Positions 1-8,483 of a stretch of 64,000 nt of DNA are shown here, piece by piece. Below the pieces are notes generated by a model that had not been told where the DNA came from, did not search any database, and worked only from the letters and a program-made list of their open reading frames with translations. How positions within the stretch are numbered: position 1 is the stretch's first letter; each line of letters opens with the position of its first letter. This DNA comes from a virus. Lineage: Duplodnaviria; Caudoviricetes. The position numbers and the translations under genes are program-made. The stretch is taken from positions 7,103 to 71,102 of IMG/VR virus record IMGVR_UViG_3300048881_000548; one strand, written 5' to 3'.

Positions 1-2
1 TC

Positions 3-824
3 TACAGGTCAGACACAGCAGAGCCTCTTGCCATCGTGGGTGCTGGCTACCAAGTCGTCCAGCCCAAGGACGTCCTCGAGTTTTTCCGCGACATGACGGA
101 GGCCGGTGGCTGGCATATTCACACGGCTGGAACGCTGCGCGGTGGCCGCAGGCTCTGGGCCATGGCCAGCAATGGCGAAGGCGCTGCCGTGGGGCGCGGC
201 GGCAAGGGCGGCGACGAGATCATGCAGAACCTCGTCCTGGCCACGAGCCTGGACGGCTCCATGAAGACTGTGGCAGCGCTGACCGCCGTGCGCGTGGTCT
301 GCGCCAACACGCTGGCAATCGCCCTCAACGACGCGGGAGAGCGCGCCGTGCGCATCAGCCACCGCCAGGTCTTCGACGCCGATGCCGTGCGCCGCACGCT
401 GGGCGTGAGCGTCGACAGCTTCAAGCTGTTCATGGCCAGGGCGAACGAGATGGCCGACACCCCCATCAAGCTCGACGAAGCCCGCGAAGTCCTGGGCCGC
501 ATCCTCGACCCGCAGCGCGAGGCCAAGAAGGCCGAAGTCACCAGCCTGGCATGGATGGGCAGCCTTGCCAACCTCGGCAAGGAAATGGATGCCGAGGATT
601 CGCGCGTCGTGACGGGCGTTCTCGACCTCTTCCAGGGGGCAGGCATGGGGGCAACGATGAAGACGGCCAAGGACACGCGCTGGGGCCTTCTGAACGCCGT
701 CACGCAGTACGTCGACCATGCCATGGGCCGCACGGATGACACGCGCCTGGATTCCGCCTTCTTCGGGCGCGGCGCCAACATCAAGCAGCAGGCCATGAAA
801 ATCCTCAGCGCCGCCGAGGCCTGA
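3..824 (+). CDS. DUF932/DUF945-family phage protein (5'-truncated)
   Basis: Frame is open from the window edge (YRSDTAEPLAIVGAGYQVVQP). Motifs AGTLRGGRRLWAMA, LVLATSLDGS, TAVRVVCANTL and WGLLNAVTQYVDH are typical of the family. Confidence 0.85.
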   Translation, partial: YRSDTAEPLAIVGAGYQVVQPKDVLEFFRDMTEAGGWHIHTAGTLRGGRRLWAMASNGEGAAVGRGGKGGDEIMQNLVLATSLDGSMKTVAALTAVRVVCANTLAIALNDAGERAVRISHRQVFDADAVRRTLGVSVDSFKLFMARANEMADTPIKLDEAREVLGRILDPQREAKKAEVTSLAWMGSLANLGKEMDAEDSRVVTGVLDLFQGAGMGATMKTAKDTRWGLLNAVTQYVDHAMGRTDDTRLDSAFFGRGANIKQQAMKILSAAEA

Positions 825-826
825 GC

Positions 827-837
827 CGTATATATCG
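827..837 (+). promoter_or_regulatory. GTATAnnT candidate phage promoter (CGTATATATCG)
   Basis: AT-rich motif in sense orientation about 40 nt upstream of the 878 ORF. It recurs at about 9 sites. Confidence 0.55.
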
Positions 838-877
838 GGGGCGCCTATTCCGGCGCCCCTATCTCAAGGAGAACCAG

Positions 878-1297
878 TTGTTAAAAGTCACAGTTTCAGG
901 CCCTCCGGGGTCTGGCAAGAGCTGGGTGAGCATGCTCATTGCAGCCGCAGTCTCGGAGATCACCGGCGCTTCCGTCTCCGAGTTCGGGGAAGACATGTCT
1001 TCTCACGCGCTGGCCCAGCGCAAGTTTCAGCTCATGGCCGGCGCTATCCGCCACCCCCTGCACTGGCAGGAGGTGCGCATTGAGCAAGTGCGCACGCGGG
1101 AGCCCGAGGGCAATCTTTCCGGCGCCATTCCCTCGGCCAAAGGCCCGACCATGGAGGCCCAGCTCGAAGCCCTCGTTGATCGTCTGGACGACCTCGTGGG
1201 CTATACCCCTGACGGCGAGAAGCGCAACGCCCTCGCCGATGCCCATAACTCCCTCGTTGAAGCCATCGATCACCTGAAGAAAGCTAAGTCGCTATGA
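878..1297 (+). CDS. Hypothetical protein with N-terminal P-loop (GPPGSGKS)
   Basis: RBS AAGGAG before a TTG start; Walker A-like motif; stop overlaps the queD start. Confidence 0.6.
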   Translation: MLKVTVSGPPGSGKSWVSMLIAAAVSEITGASVSEFGEDMSSHALAQRKFQLMAGAIRHPLHWQEVRIEQVRTREPEGNLSGAIPSAKGPTMEAQLEALVDRLDDLVGYTPDGEKRNALADAHNSLVEAIDHLKKAKSL

Positions 1298-1791
1298 ACA
1301 AAGACCCAAGCATCCACCTCGCGCATCAGAGCACGAAGACGTACGGCCACGACGTGGGCCTCTCCTGCGTCTTTCGCCAGTGGCGGGCGAACAGCCATTG
1401 CAATCAGCTCCATGGCTATGCGCTCGCCGTGCGGCTGGTTTTCAAGAGCAGCACCCTCGACAGCCGCAACTGGGTGGTCGACTTCGGGGCCCTCAAGCCC
1501 GTGAAAGCCTGGCTGCAGCACATGTTCGATCACACGGTCCTCGTGGCCGTTGACGACCCCGAGCTGAGGCAAATGCAAGCCCTTGCCGATGCCGGCGTGA
1601 TCGATCTGCGCAACGTCACCGCTGTGGGCTGCGAGGCCTTTGCGCAGCTCATCGGCGAGTATGTCAACGACTGGCTCTTCAACTACAACAACGCTTTGTT
1701 CAAGGAGCGCATTAAGCCGCCCGAAAACCTGCATTGCGCCGAAGTGCAGGTCAGTGAGCACGGCGCCAACAGCGCATCTTGGTTCTACTAA
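1294..1791 (+). CDS. queD: 6-carboxy-5,6,7,8-tetrahydropterin synthase (QueD/PTPS family)
   Basis: HCNQLHGY metal/catalytic motif, WVVDFG, FDHTVL and the C-terminal VSEHGANSA. Confidence 0.9.
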   Translation: MNKDPSIHLAHQSTKTYGHDVGLSCVFRQWRANSHCNQLHGYALAVRLVFKSSTLDSRNWVVDFGALKPVKAWLQHMFDHTVLVAVDDPELRQMQALADAGVIDLRNVTAVGCEAFAQLIGEYVNDWLFNYNNALFKERIKPPENLHCAEVQVSEHGANSASWFY

Positions 1792-1806
1792 AGGAGAAAC
1801 CGCATC

Positions 1807-2478
1807 ATGGGAAAACTTGCATTGGTCATGGAGCGCATCGACACGCCCATCGAACTCATCTCGGCAAAGGCTGCTCTTGCCGTCCGCCACCATTCGGATT
1901 ACTGGGAGGGCGTCGCCACGCGGCTCGTGGATCGCGATATCTGCGAGACCGACGAGAGCACGCTGCAGCTCATCCCCTACGTTCTGCTGGTGAAAGAAGG
2001 CAATGTCGGCATCACCAAGGACGGCGAGGGCCTCGTCGTGAACAATCCGGCGCCGCGCTTTTTCACCTACAGCCGTGGCCAGGGTGGCGAAGAGGCACGC
2101 TTGCACGGCGCCCTCAGCATCGGCCTGGGCGGCCACATCGATGGGCAGGTTCCCGAGCACATGCAGCCCAAAGGCTGGTTTGCCGCCGAGGCCGTGCGCG
2201 AGCTGGAGGAGGAAGTAGGGCTCAAGGCCCAGGAAGGCGACGTGATCTTTGCGGACGCCATGCTCTACGACCCGGCGAATGCCGTGGGCCGCGTGCATGT
2301 CGGCATCCTTTGCGCTGTGTGCCTCCGCGAGCGCGAGCTGGGCAAGCACGAAGCCGAAGTCGTGGAGCACGCTCAATGGCTGACGTTGACGCAGCTCCTT
2401 GCCCCTTCCGTCTACGCGCGACTCGAGCCCTGGAGCCAGGCCGCCGTCTGGTTCATGGAAAAAGACAGATCCTCGTGA
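1807..2478 (+). CDS. NUDIX hydrolase (COG4112-like)
   Basis: ETDESTLQLIPY, EARLHGALSIGLGGHID and a Nudix box AVRELEEEVG; strong RBS. Confidence 0.85.
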   Translation: MGKLALVMERIDTPIELISAKAALAVRHHSDYWEGVATRLVDRDICETDESTLQLIPYVLLVKEGNVGITKDGEGLVVNNPAPRFFTYSRGQGGEEARLHGALSIGLGGHIDGQVPEHMQPKGWFAAEAVRELEEEVGLKAQEGDVIFADAMLYDPANAVGRVHVGILCAVCLRERELGKHEAEVVEHAQWLTLTQLLAPSVYARLEPWSQAAVWFMEKDRSS

Positions 2479-3176
2479 GCGACTTAGCCCCCCTTTTTGA
2501 CGACACGCGCAAGGCCCTCGTGTTCGCCCTCAACGCCGCCGACGTGAAGATGCCGAAGCCCAGCATGACGACTGCCATGGCTGAGGGCATCAAGAAGAAG
2601 CTACCGCGGACCGCCAAGGCCCGCGCCAAGTTCTTCGCCAAAGCCGCCGAGCAGCGGGAGGCCGAGCGTGATGCCCTTGTGCGTGCCGCCTTCAAGCGCA
2701 AGCCCACGAAGCTCACGGGGGAGGAGAGGGCCGCCCAGGCGGGCTTTATCCTTCTTGAGTTCCAGAAGCTCGACGCAGCTCACCAAGTCGTGCTCACGGG
2801 CCTCCTGACGCGTTCCCACAGCCCTTGCGACTGCCGCAGGCCTTGCTGTTCCGGCTGGGCCCGTAATCTGCGCTGGGATAAGGCCGTGGCGGACGCCTGC
2901 TTCATGCTCAAGGAAACCGGGGACGTGCTGCGCCAGCCTGGAAAGCGCGGGCTGAGCACGCAGCCGCATCTACGAAAGGCCGTGGTGGAGGAATTCTTCA
3001 CCAAGCGCCCGATTACGCTGGTGCACCTCGCCAGCGTTGCCCACTGCAGCCAGATGACGGCGGCCAAGCACAAGGCTTGGATCGTCGAGTATCTGGAGCA
3101 GACCGAGACGGAGGCGTGGCAGCAAATTGCCGCGCTCTTCGACGCAGCCGGTATCACCGGCGCTTTTATTGACTAA
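2475..3176 (+). CDS. Putative DNA-binding transcription regulator/antiterminator (Cys cluster plus C-terminal HTH-like region)
   Basis: GTG start overlaps the upstream stop. PCDCRRPCCSG cluster and ITLVHLASVAHCSQMTAAKHK HTH-like segment; resembles Q-position proteins of betaproteobacterial prophages (recalled, not searched). Confidence 0.5.
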   Translation: MSDLAPLFDDTRKALVFALNAADVKMPKPSMTTAMAEGIKKKLPRTAKARAKFFAKAAEQREAERDALVRAAFKRKPTKLTGEERAAQAGFILLEFQKLDAAHQVVLTGLLTRSHSPCDCRRPCCSGWARNLRWDKAVADACFMLKETGDVLRQPGKRGLSTQPHLRKAVVEEFFTKRPITLVHLASVAHCSQMTAAKHKAWIVEYLEQTETEAWQQIAALFDAAGITGAFID

Positions 3177-3188
3177 GGAGAGACTGGC

Positions 3189-3434
3189 ATGGTTACCTCA
3201 ACCGATGCCCTGCGCCGTGCCCTGGAGCGGCTGCAGGCAGAGAAGCAATATCGATTCAAGCACGGCATGCGCGTGCCCAAGCACGTCAACGACGAGATCC
3301 GGCGCATCGAAGCGCAGCTCACGCCCGTGGGCAAGACGGAGCACCGGGCCAAGGCGTGGCGCACCATCAACTGGTATCTCGTCGGAGGCGCCGCCTTCCT
3401 CGCCGGTGCCGCCATCCTCTACTTCTTTTTCTAA
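3189..3434 (+). CDS. Small protein with C-terminal membrane anchor
   Basis: RBS AAGGAG; hydrophobic C-terminus. Confidence 0.7.
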   Translation: MVTSTDALRRALERLQAEKQYRFKHGMRVPKHVNDEIRRIEAQLTPVGKTEHRAKAWRTINWYLVGGAAFLAGAAILYFFF

Positions 3435-3442
3435 GGGCTGCC

Positions 3443-3832
3443 ATGAGCACAGCACAGATCATCGGATGCGTCTTGATTGTTGCCTTGGTGATTGGCGGAA
3501 TCTCCTACACCTCATTCGACTATCGCAAGCGCAACAAGCCACCAGCCGCTATTTCCTTCGGCGAAGAGCTGGAGCAGCTCGCCGAAGTGGCTGAGCGCGA
3601 ACGCGTGCGGCATGAAGGCGATGCCGAATACCACAAAGCCCAGGTGCGCTATTGGAAGAAGCGCACCAAACGCCTTCTGGCGGAAGCCGCTGAGCAGACG
3701 GAGCGCGAGGCCAACGCCGGGCTCGTGCATGTTCGCCCGCGAGTGCAGCACGTCGTGGTCACCAGCGTGGGCGGCGGCGGTGGGGGCGGCATGGCCCCGG
3801 TCTTTGGTGAAACTGGAGAAGCTAAATCATGA
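3443..3832 (+). CDS. Hypothetical membrane-anchored coiled-coil protein
   Basis: N-terminal TM helix; ATGA overlap with the next gene. Confidence 0.7.
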   Translation: MSTAQIIGCVLIVALVIGGISYTSFDYRKRNKPPAAISFGEELEQLAEVAERERVRHEGDAEYHKAQVRYWKKRTKRLLAEAAEQTEREANAGLVHVRPRVQHVVVTSVGGGGGGGMAPVFGETGEAKS

Positions 3833-4350
3833 AGATCACAGACGCGATGGTAGAAGCCGCCACGATGGCCCTCCTCGGTAAGACCGCGGACCCGCTGCCT
3901 GGCGTGGATTGGTGGGCCAGCCGGCAGTGGCGGGTGAGCAAGGTGCGCGAGAAGATGCGTAAGGCGCTTGAAGCTGCCGCGCTGGCAGGTGGTGCCCCTG
4001 TCTTGTTGTCTCCCATGGACGATGCGGAGCGGGAGCGCTTGGTTCAGGTGCTCAGGGAGAATACCTCCGCAATCATCGAACCAGCGAAGCCACCGGCCAA
4101 GATCGAGCTGCTTAGCCAGGGCGAGCAACGGGCCATCCTTGAAGACGCTGGCGCCATCATCCGGCTGGTGAATCACCACGACGTCAAGGAGACGGAGGCC
4201 GATGCCGCTGACTGTGCAGGCGCTGCCGCCTTCCACATGAAGCGCGCCCATGAGCTGCTCACGATTGGTCGCTGCGTCATCCTGCGGGATCCCGATCTTT
4301 GGGATGACCAGCTCAAGCAAGAATTTGCCCCCAGGGCTCGGGAGGGCTAG
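3829..4350 (+). CDS. Hypothetical protein
   Basis: Coupled start with RBS; MKITDAMVEAA N-terminus is common in phage hypotheticals. Confidence 0.7.
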   Translation: MKITDAMVEAATMALLGKTADPLPGVDWWASRQWRVSKVREKMRKALEAAALAGGAPVLLSPMDDAERERLVQVLRENTSAIIEPAKPPAKIELLSQGEQRAILEDAGAIIRLVNHHDVKETEADAADCAGAAAFHMKRAHELLTIGRCVILRDPDLWDDQLKQEFAPRAREG

Positions 4351-4353
4351 CCC

Positions 4354-4458
4354 ATGAAACGCATCGTCGGCAACGTCTTGCTTTTCCCGTTTCTCCTGAT
4401 CTTCTGGGTTCTTGTGCTGGTGATCTGGGCATTGCTCTGGCCCTTCGCGGAGGATTAA
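4354..4458 (+). CDS. 34-aa membrane peptide (MKRIVGNVLLFPFLLIFWVLVLVIWALLWPFAED)
   Basis: GGAGG upstream; single TM helix; below the ORF-track cutoff, translated by hand. Confidence 0.55.
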   Translation: MKRIVGNVLLFPFLLIFWVLVLVIWALLWPFAED

Positions 4459-4471
4459 TTTCTCCCCATAT

Positions 4472-4500
4472 TTGTTGACTTGGCGAAAACCAGCTAATAT
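4472..4500 (+). promoter_or_regulatory. Sigma70-like promoter (TTGTTG-N17-TAATAT, overlapping TTGACT)
   Basis: AT-rich island at the start of a 600-nt intergenic region. Confidence 0.45.
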
Positions 4501-4544
4501 GCGCAGCAATTTGCTAGTGGTGGAAGTGCCGCCACCGCAACGAG

Positions 4545-4568
4545 AAGGCCGCCACGAGCGGCCTTTTT
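4545..4568 (+). terminator. Intrinsic terminator
   Basis: AAGGCCGC-CACGA-GCGGCCTT stem followed by a T-run. Confidence 0.75.
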
Positions 4569-4722
4569 CATTGGGGAATCGCATGGTGGCTGGGCGCCAT
4601 CGAGAGGCATGGAGGGCGCAGGGCTGGGTGGCCGCACGGTCTCCCGGAACCCAGCTCCAAGGCCTTGGCCGGGGCTCTTTCTACGTTGGGAAGGGTTGCC
4701 CCTCCGCGCGTTCATGCCCAGC

Positions 4723-4764
4723 TCTCCTGGGGCCCAGGCGAGGCGGTCCCAGGAGATTCTTTTT
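4723..4764 (+). terminator. Intrinsic terminator
   Basis: TCTCCTGGG/CCCAGGAGA stem followed by TTCTTTTT. Confidence 0.65.
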
Positions 4765-4767
4765 CCT

Positions 4768-4778
4768 CGTATAGATAG
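4768..4778 (+). promoter_or_regulatory. GTATAnnT candidate phage promoter (CGTATAGATAG)
   Basis: Directly after the terminator; identical 11-mer at 5556-5566. Confidence 0.6.
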
Positions 4779-4782
4779 ACGC

Positions 4783-5062
4783 AAACATGCCGAGCTGCGC
4801 GGCGCCTCCTATGGTTGGGGGCCCATCACGCAGTGACAACCTGGAGGCCATATGCTGTAAACGATCTGCTCCGGATGCTGGGGGCGCCTTTTGGACGGGG
4901 CGCCCCTCCCTTCTCTGTGCTCTGAGGCTTGGGCGGGCTGCCACTCACAAACCCCTTCATTGCACCACCGAGCCTCGACTCGGCAGGCTTTGTTACGCGA
5001 CATGCGTGGTCCCAGTAGCTTCACGGCATGGCTGGATCAGCTCAGAGCACAGAAAAGGGAAT
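4783..5062 (+). ncRNA. Candidate structured leader RNA/ncRNA
   Basis: 19/20-bp stem 4907-4926/5041-5060 covers the downstream RBS; hairpin 4881-4906; alternative pairing 4786-4798/5015-5030. Confidence 0.5.
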
Positions 5063-5066
5063 AGCG

Positions 5067-5633
5067 ATGAAAGCCAAGCAATGGACGGAAGCCAACCTCA
5101 CGCAGGCTCTAGTACGTGGCTTCTTCAAGAGCGCAGTTCTTGCCGTGCCATGCTGCGGCTGGTATGGGCATGAAGCCGACCTCCTCGTCGTCACCAAGGA
5201 TCTGCGCCTCATTGACGTTGAGATGAAGATCAGCCGCGCCGACCTCAAGGCCGACGTGAAGAAGGACAAGTGGTGGTATCGCCGCGCCTGGGCTCGCAGC
5301 CGCCCCATGGAGCCGCTTAAGCGGGATTGGCCGCCAAGGGTTTGGAAGCACTACTACCTGATGCCACGCGCCATCTGGACGCCTGAGCTGCTGGAGGGCT
5401 TGCCCGAGACCTCGGGGGTCTTGTTGGCGCACGGCTCCCGGTCGATTGAATGCTACCGCAGGGCTATGCCCAGCCGGGAAGCCGAGAGGCTTGGCTCCCA
5501 TGAAGTGATTGACATAGCCCGCCTGGCTGGGCTGCGGCTCTGGGATGCCCTGGAGCGTATAGATAGGCTCCAACCATCTAAGGAGCCACCTGTATGCGAA
5601 TCACCATCAACGCTGACGAGAACGACGTTCTAG
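5067..5633 (+). CDS. MmcB-like PD-(D/E)XK nuclease
   Basis: EADLL...IDVEMKISRADLKAD catalytic signature. Confidence 0.7.
   Translation: MKAKQWTEANLTQALVRGFFKSAVLAVPCCGWYGHEADLLVVTKDLRLIDVEMKISRADLKADVKKDKWWYRRAWARSRPMEPLKRDWPPRVWKHYYLMPRAIWTPELLEGLPETSGVLLAHGSRSIECYRRAMPSREAERLGSHEVIDIARLAGLRLWDALERIDRLQPSKEPPVCESPSTLTRTTF
5556..5566 (+). promoter_or_regulatory. GTATAnnT candidate phage promoter (CGTATAGATAG)
   Basis: Embedded in the 3' part of the upstream CDS, 28 nt before the 5594 start. Confidence 0.55.
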
Positions 5634-6367
5634 CCACGTCATCCATCGGCGGCAACGTCCTCTTCATCCCCAGGGGATCCATCGGCAGCTTCCTTGCCGA
5701 GGGCCTCGTTAACATCAAGACCGTCGAGACTTTTGAAGGGGCAAAGGTAACGGCGCCGCTGCCGTCGGATCCCGCGCAGGAGCTGCAGGTGAAGGTCAGC
5801 GAGCAGGCCGCCATCAAGCCCGTGCCCCTTCGCGTCGTATCCATCGGCGAGGAGGGCGAGATCTCGCTGGAGAGCAATGGTGAGCGCGTCGAATTCCAGT
5901 GGAATGAAGACCGGCGCTTCCCCTTCGCGGTCAACGCCAGCTTTATGGCGCGCGTCATTCCCGCTGACGCGGGCGCCGACTACGACTTCATGCTTCGAGT
6001 GGAGCACAGCGACTTAGTGCTTCATGCTCGGCGCGCAGGTATTGCGAAGGCGAAGCGACCGGCTAAGCAGCCTGCGAAGTTCAAAGCCAACTACAGGACG
6101 CCGAACGCGAAACCGCACATGGTCGTCTTGTGCTCTCATGGGGAAGATGAAGACGCTGAGTCAGCCACGCTCTTTGTCGTGGGGCGCTCCTTTGACGGAG
6201 ATGATGAGGAGTTTCAGGGCGCCAAGCTTTCTGTGCCTGGGGTGAGCATTGCCTCCGGCACCAAGCTTTGGGCTCGGATTCAGCACGTGGGCTGGGAAGA
6301 CGGCTATTCGACGTTCCGCGTGGATTTGGGCCCTGGGATGAAGCTCCGCGCCACGCGCGTCAATTGA
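5594..6367 (+). CDS. Hypothetical protein
   Basis: RBS AAGGAG; 257-aa ORF. Confidence 0.75.
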   Translation: MRITINADENDVLATSSIGGNVLFIPRGSIGSFLAEGLVNIKTVETFEGAKVTAPLPSDPAQELQVKVSEQAAIKPVPLRVVSIGEEGEISLESNGERVEFQWNEDRRFPFAVNASFMARVIPADAGADYDFMLRVEHSDLVLHARRAGIAKAKRPAKQPAKFKANYRTPNAKPHMVVLCSHGEDEDAESATLFVVGRSFDGDDEEFQGAKLSVPGVSIASGTKLWARIQHVGWEDGYSTFRVDLGPGMKLRATRVN

Positions 6368-6408
6368 ACCACCCTGGGCTTCGGCCCTCAACCGCAAAGG
6401 AAGATGAA

Positions 6409-6720
6409 ATGAAAACCCGCATGAAGATGACCTGCACCGGCAAGACCGAGACCCCGCAGGGCGACACGCAAATCCTGCTCCAGGCCCTCTACGAAGGCCC
6501 CGAAGGCGAGAACCGCGCTTTCGCCGATGCCGCGCCGGCTGCCAACCTCTCGGCGCTCATCAGCAAGGGCAAGGCCGCCCTCGAAAACTTCATCCAGGGC
6601 GAGGTCTACTACGTGGACATCGAACTCGTGGTGTCCGTGCGCGAGCGCGAAGGTACGACCGCCATGACCACGGCCGAGATCAAGACGCAGGCCGATGGCC
6701 TCGCCGATCCCCAGGCCTGA
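6409..6720 (+). CDS. Conserved phage hypothetical protein
   Basis: EN.AF..AAP...F.QGEVYYVDI pattern of a widespread phage family; RBS AAGGAAG. Confidence 0.75.
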   Translation: MKTRMKMTCTGKTETPQGDTQILLQALYEGPEGENRAFADAAPAANLSALISKGKAALENFIQGEVYYVDIELVVSVREREGTTAMTTAEIKTQADGLADPQA

Positions 6721-6795
6721 GCCAATGCGCCGAGTTCAGCCCCGGGTGCTGCGGCGCCCGCCCAAGCCCCGCCGAGTGCGGGCTTTCCGGAGGCC

Positions 6796-7266
6796 GTGGT
6801 GAGCTACTTCACGATGAGCGCGCAGGCTCGCCACGCCGCGCAGACGATCTGGCTGCAGCGCACCAACCCCATGCTGCAGATGAGCTGCTTCACGCGGCTC
6901 ATGGCCAGGATCGACGACGCCACGCGGGCCCTGCAGAGCCGCACGACGATGCTCAAGGCCAACGAGGAGGGCCTGCGCATCGTCGACGACGTACTGGCTC
7001 GCACGCTGGAGGAATGGCGGCAGGCCGAGCCCAGCCTGCGTGACGTCATCGCCAGCGATGCCTTCTCCATCAAGGTCTTCGTCAGTCCCGACGACGCCAA
7101 CAAGCTGGAGGTCGTGCTGAATGAAGAGCTGCTTCAGCTCAGCCGCGGTGAGCACGCCGTCGAGATGCTGGCGCCCACAAGTCCCGAGTTCGTCGGCCAA
7201 GCCGTGCGCGCCAAGGTCTCGCCCATGCAGCTCTGGAAGAAGCTCTACGGCGACGCCCGCTTTTAG
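6796..7266 (+). CDS. Hypothetical protein
   Basis: GGAGG before a GTG start; phage-like codon usage. Confidence 0.7.
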   Translation: MVSYFTMSAQARHAAQTIWLQRTNPMLQMSCFTRLMARIDDATRALQSRTTMLKANEEGLRIVDDVLARTLEEWRQAEPSLRDVIASDAFSIKVFVSPDDANKLEVVLNEELLQLSRGEHAVEMLAPTSPEFVGQAVRAKVSPMQLWKKLYGDARF

Positions 7267-7275
7267 GAGATCAAC

Positions 7276-7605
7276 GTGGAAGACCAAGACAAAGAGCTGC
7301 TCGCCAGCCAGACCAGCAACCTCGTGGCGATGCTGGAGGCCAGCATCGACGAGGCCAAGACCCGGCTCACTACTGCGCTGGGCAAGGCAGCGCACAAGCA
7401 TCTGCTCTCACTCGAGCGCCGCAGCGTGCAGCGGGCCCTTGTGCATGCCCAGGCGAGCCTCGCCGCCAAGATGCAGGCCAGCGCCAATGATGACCCCGAC
7501 GTGCCCCTCCTGGCGCTGCAGGTTAACGTCATGGAGGCCTATGACAACGCGTTGGCTTATCGCTACCGCGCTGCCGTGCTTCAGGGCCTGAAGGAGGCCA
7601 CGTGA
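7276..7605 (+). CDS. Hypothetical protein
   Basis: RBS AGGAG; GTGA coupling to the next gene. Confidence 0.7.
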   Translation: MEDQDKELLASQTSNLVAMLEASIDEAKTRLTTALGKAAHKHLLSLERRSVQRALVHAQASLAAKMQASANDDPDVPLLALQVNVMEAYDNALAYRYRAAVLQGLKEAT

Positions 7606-8132
7606 CGAGCATCACCATTGACGGCGAGGCCCTCGTTGTCATGCTGCAGAACCTCATCGAACTTTCTGGTGGGCACCAAAGCCCCACGGGCGACGAAGAG
7701 ATTCGCGCTGCCAAGGCCTATCTGGAAGGCATTGAGGCGCTAGTGAGCCTCTCGGCTCACGTCCATGGCCGCATGACCGAACTCGTCACTTCGACGGCTC
7801 GAGTGCGAGCCCCTGTCGGCAGAGGTCTCCCTGGGGAGGCTTGGCTACTCGATAAGCTCAAGGAGGGCGTGGCGGATCTCTTGGCGGAAAACGCAGATGC
7901 CCGCGGTTGGCAGCTCTCCAAGGAGGAGATCCTGAGCAACCAGGTTGATCCCCGTCAACTGCGCATTGACGCAAAGCTGCAGGAGATGAAAGCCACGGAG
8001 CGCTTCTTCGTGTTCAAGGCCCTCGACAACATGGGCCTCACTACGGAGGAGCGCCTCTATCTCTGTGGAGACGCCACCTACGACAATGGCTGGCGCGATA
8101 TGTGGCAAGCCCATATGAGAGAGCCCTCGTGA
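7602..8132 (+). CDS. Hypothetical protein
   Basis: RBS GGAGG; coupled start. Confidence 0.7.
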   Translation: MTSITIDGEALVVMLQNLIELSGGHQSPTGDEEIRAAKAYLEGIEALVSLSAHVHGRMTELVTSTARVRAPVGRGLPGEAWLLDKLKEGVADLLAENADARGWQLSKEEILSNQVDPRQLRIDAKLQEMKATERFFVFKALDNMGLTTEERLYLCGDATYDNGWRDMWQAHMREPS

Positions 8133-8344
8133 GAGCATTCGCAACGCTCGGCGAGGCCTACCGGTGGATGGAGGACGAACTCGACGATGACTGCGTCGAC
8201 AACCATCGCCATGCCGTAGTAGGGAATGCAGAGCAAGAAGCCGCCTACGAGCGAGACTTGCAGGACGGCTGCTGTGGCTTCTTTGATCGCGTCGTGCTGA
8301 TAGCCGGCGTGGAGACGAAGATCGGCTGCAACTACGGCCACTAA
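8129..8344 (+). CDS. Small Cys-containing conserved phage protein
   Basis: GCCG...IGCNYGH C-terminus; GTGA coupling. Confidence 0.7.
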   Translation: MRAFATLGEAYRWMEDELDDDCVDNHRHAVVGNAEQEAAYERDLQDGCCGFFDRVVLIAGVETKIGCNYGH

Positions 8345-8356
8345 GGAGAACGAGAC

Positions 8357-8476
8357 ATGATTGACTTTTGGCCGATAGCCTTCCTAGTGTGGGGCCTGGG
8401 CATGCTGGCGCTAGGCGCAGTGCTTGGCTACGTGGTAGCCACTAGCAAGCCCCCGGAAGACGGCCACGAAGTCTGA
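8357..8476 (+). CDS. 39-aa membrane peptide
   Basis: RBS AAGGAG; MIDFWPIAFLVWGLGMLALGAVLGYVV TM helix. Confidence 0.6.
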   Translation: MIDFWPIAFLVWGLGMLALGAVLGYVVATSKPPEDGHEV

Positions 8477-8483
8477 GGCATAA

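Noticed and set aside
4621-4675. HDV-like ribozyme or preQ1 riboswitch
   Set aside because: The nested stems are suggestive, but the P1.1 and catalytic J4/2 elements and the preQ1 A-rich tail are missing.
4787-5173. 128-aa ORF over the structured leader
   Set aside because: Atypical composition, no RBS, and out-of-frame overlap with the nuclease gene. RNA structure explains the region better.
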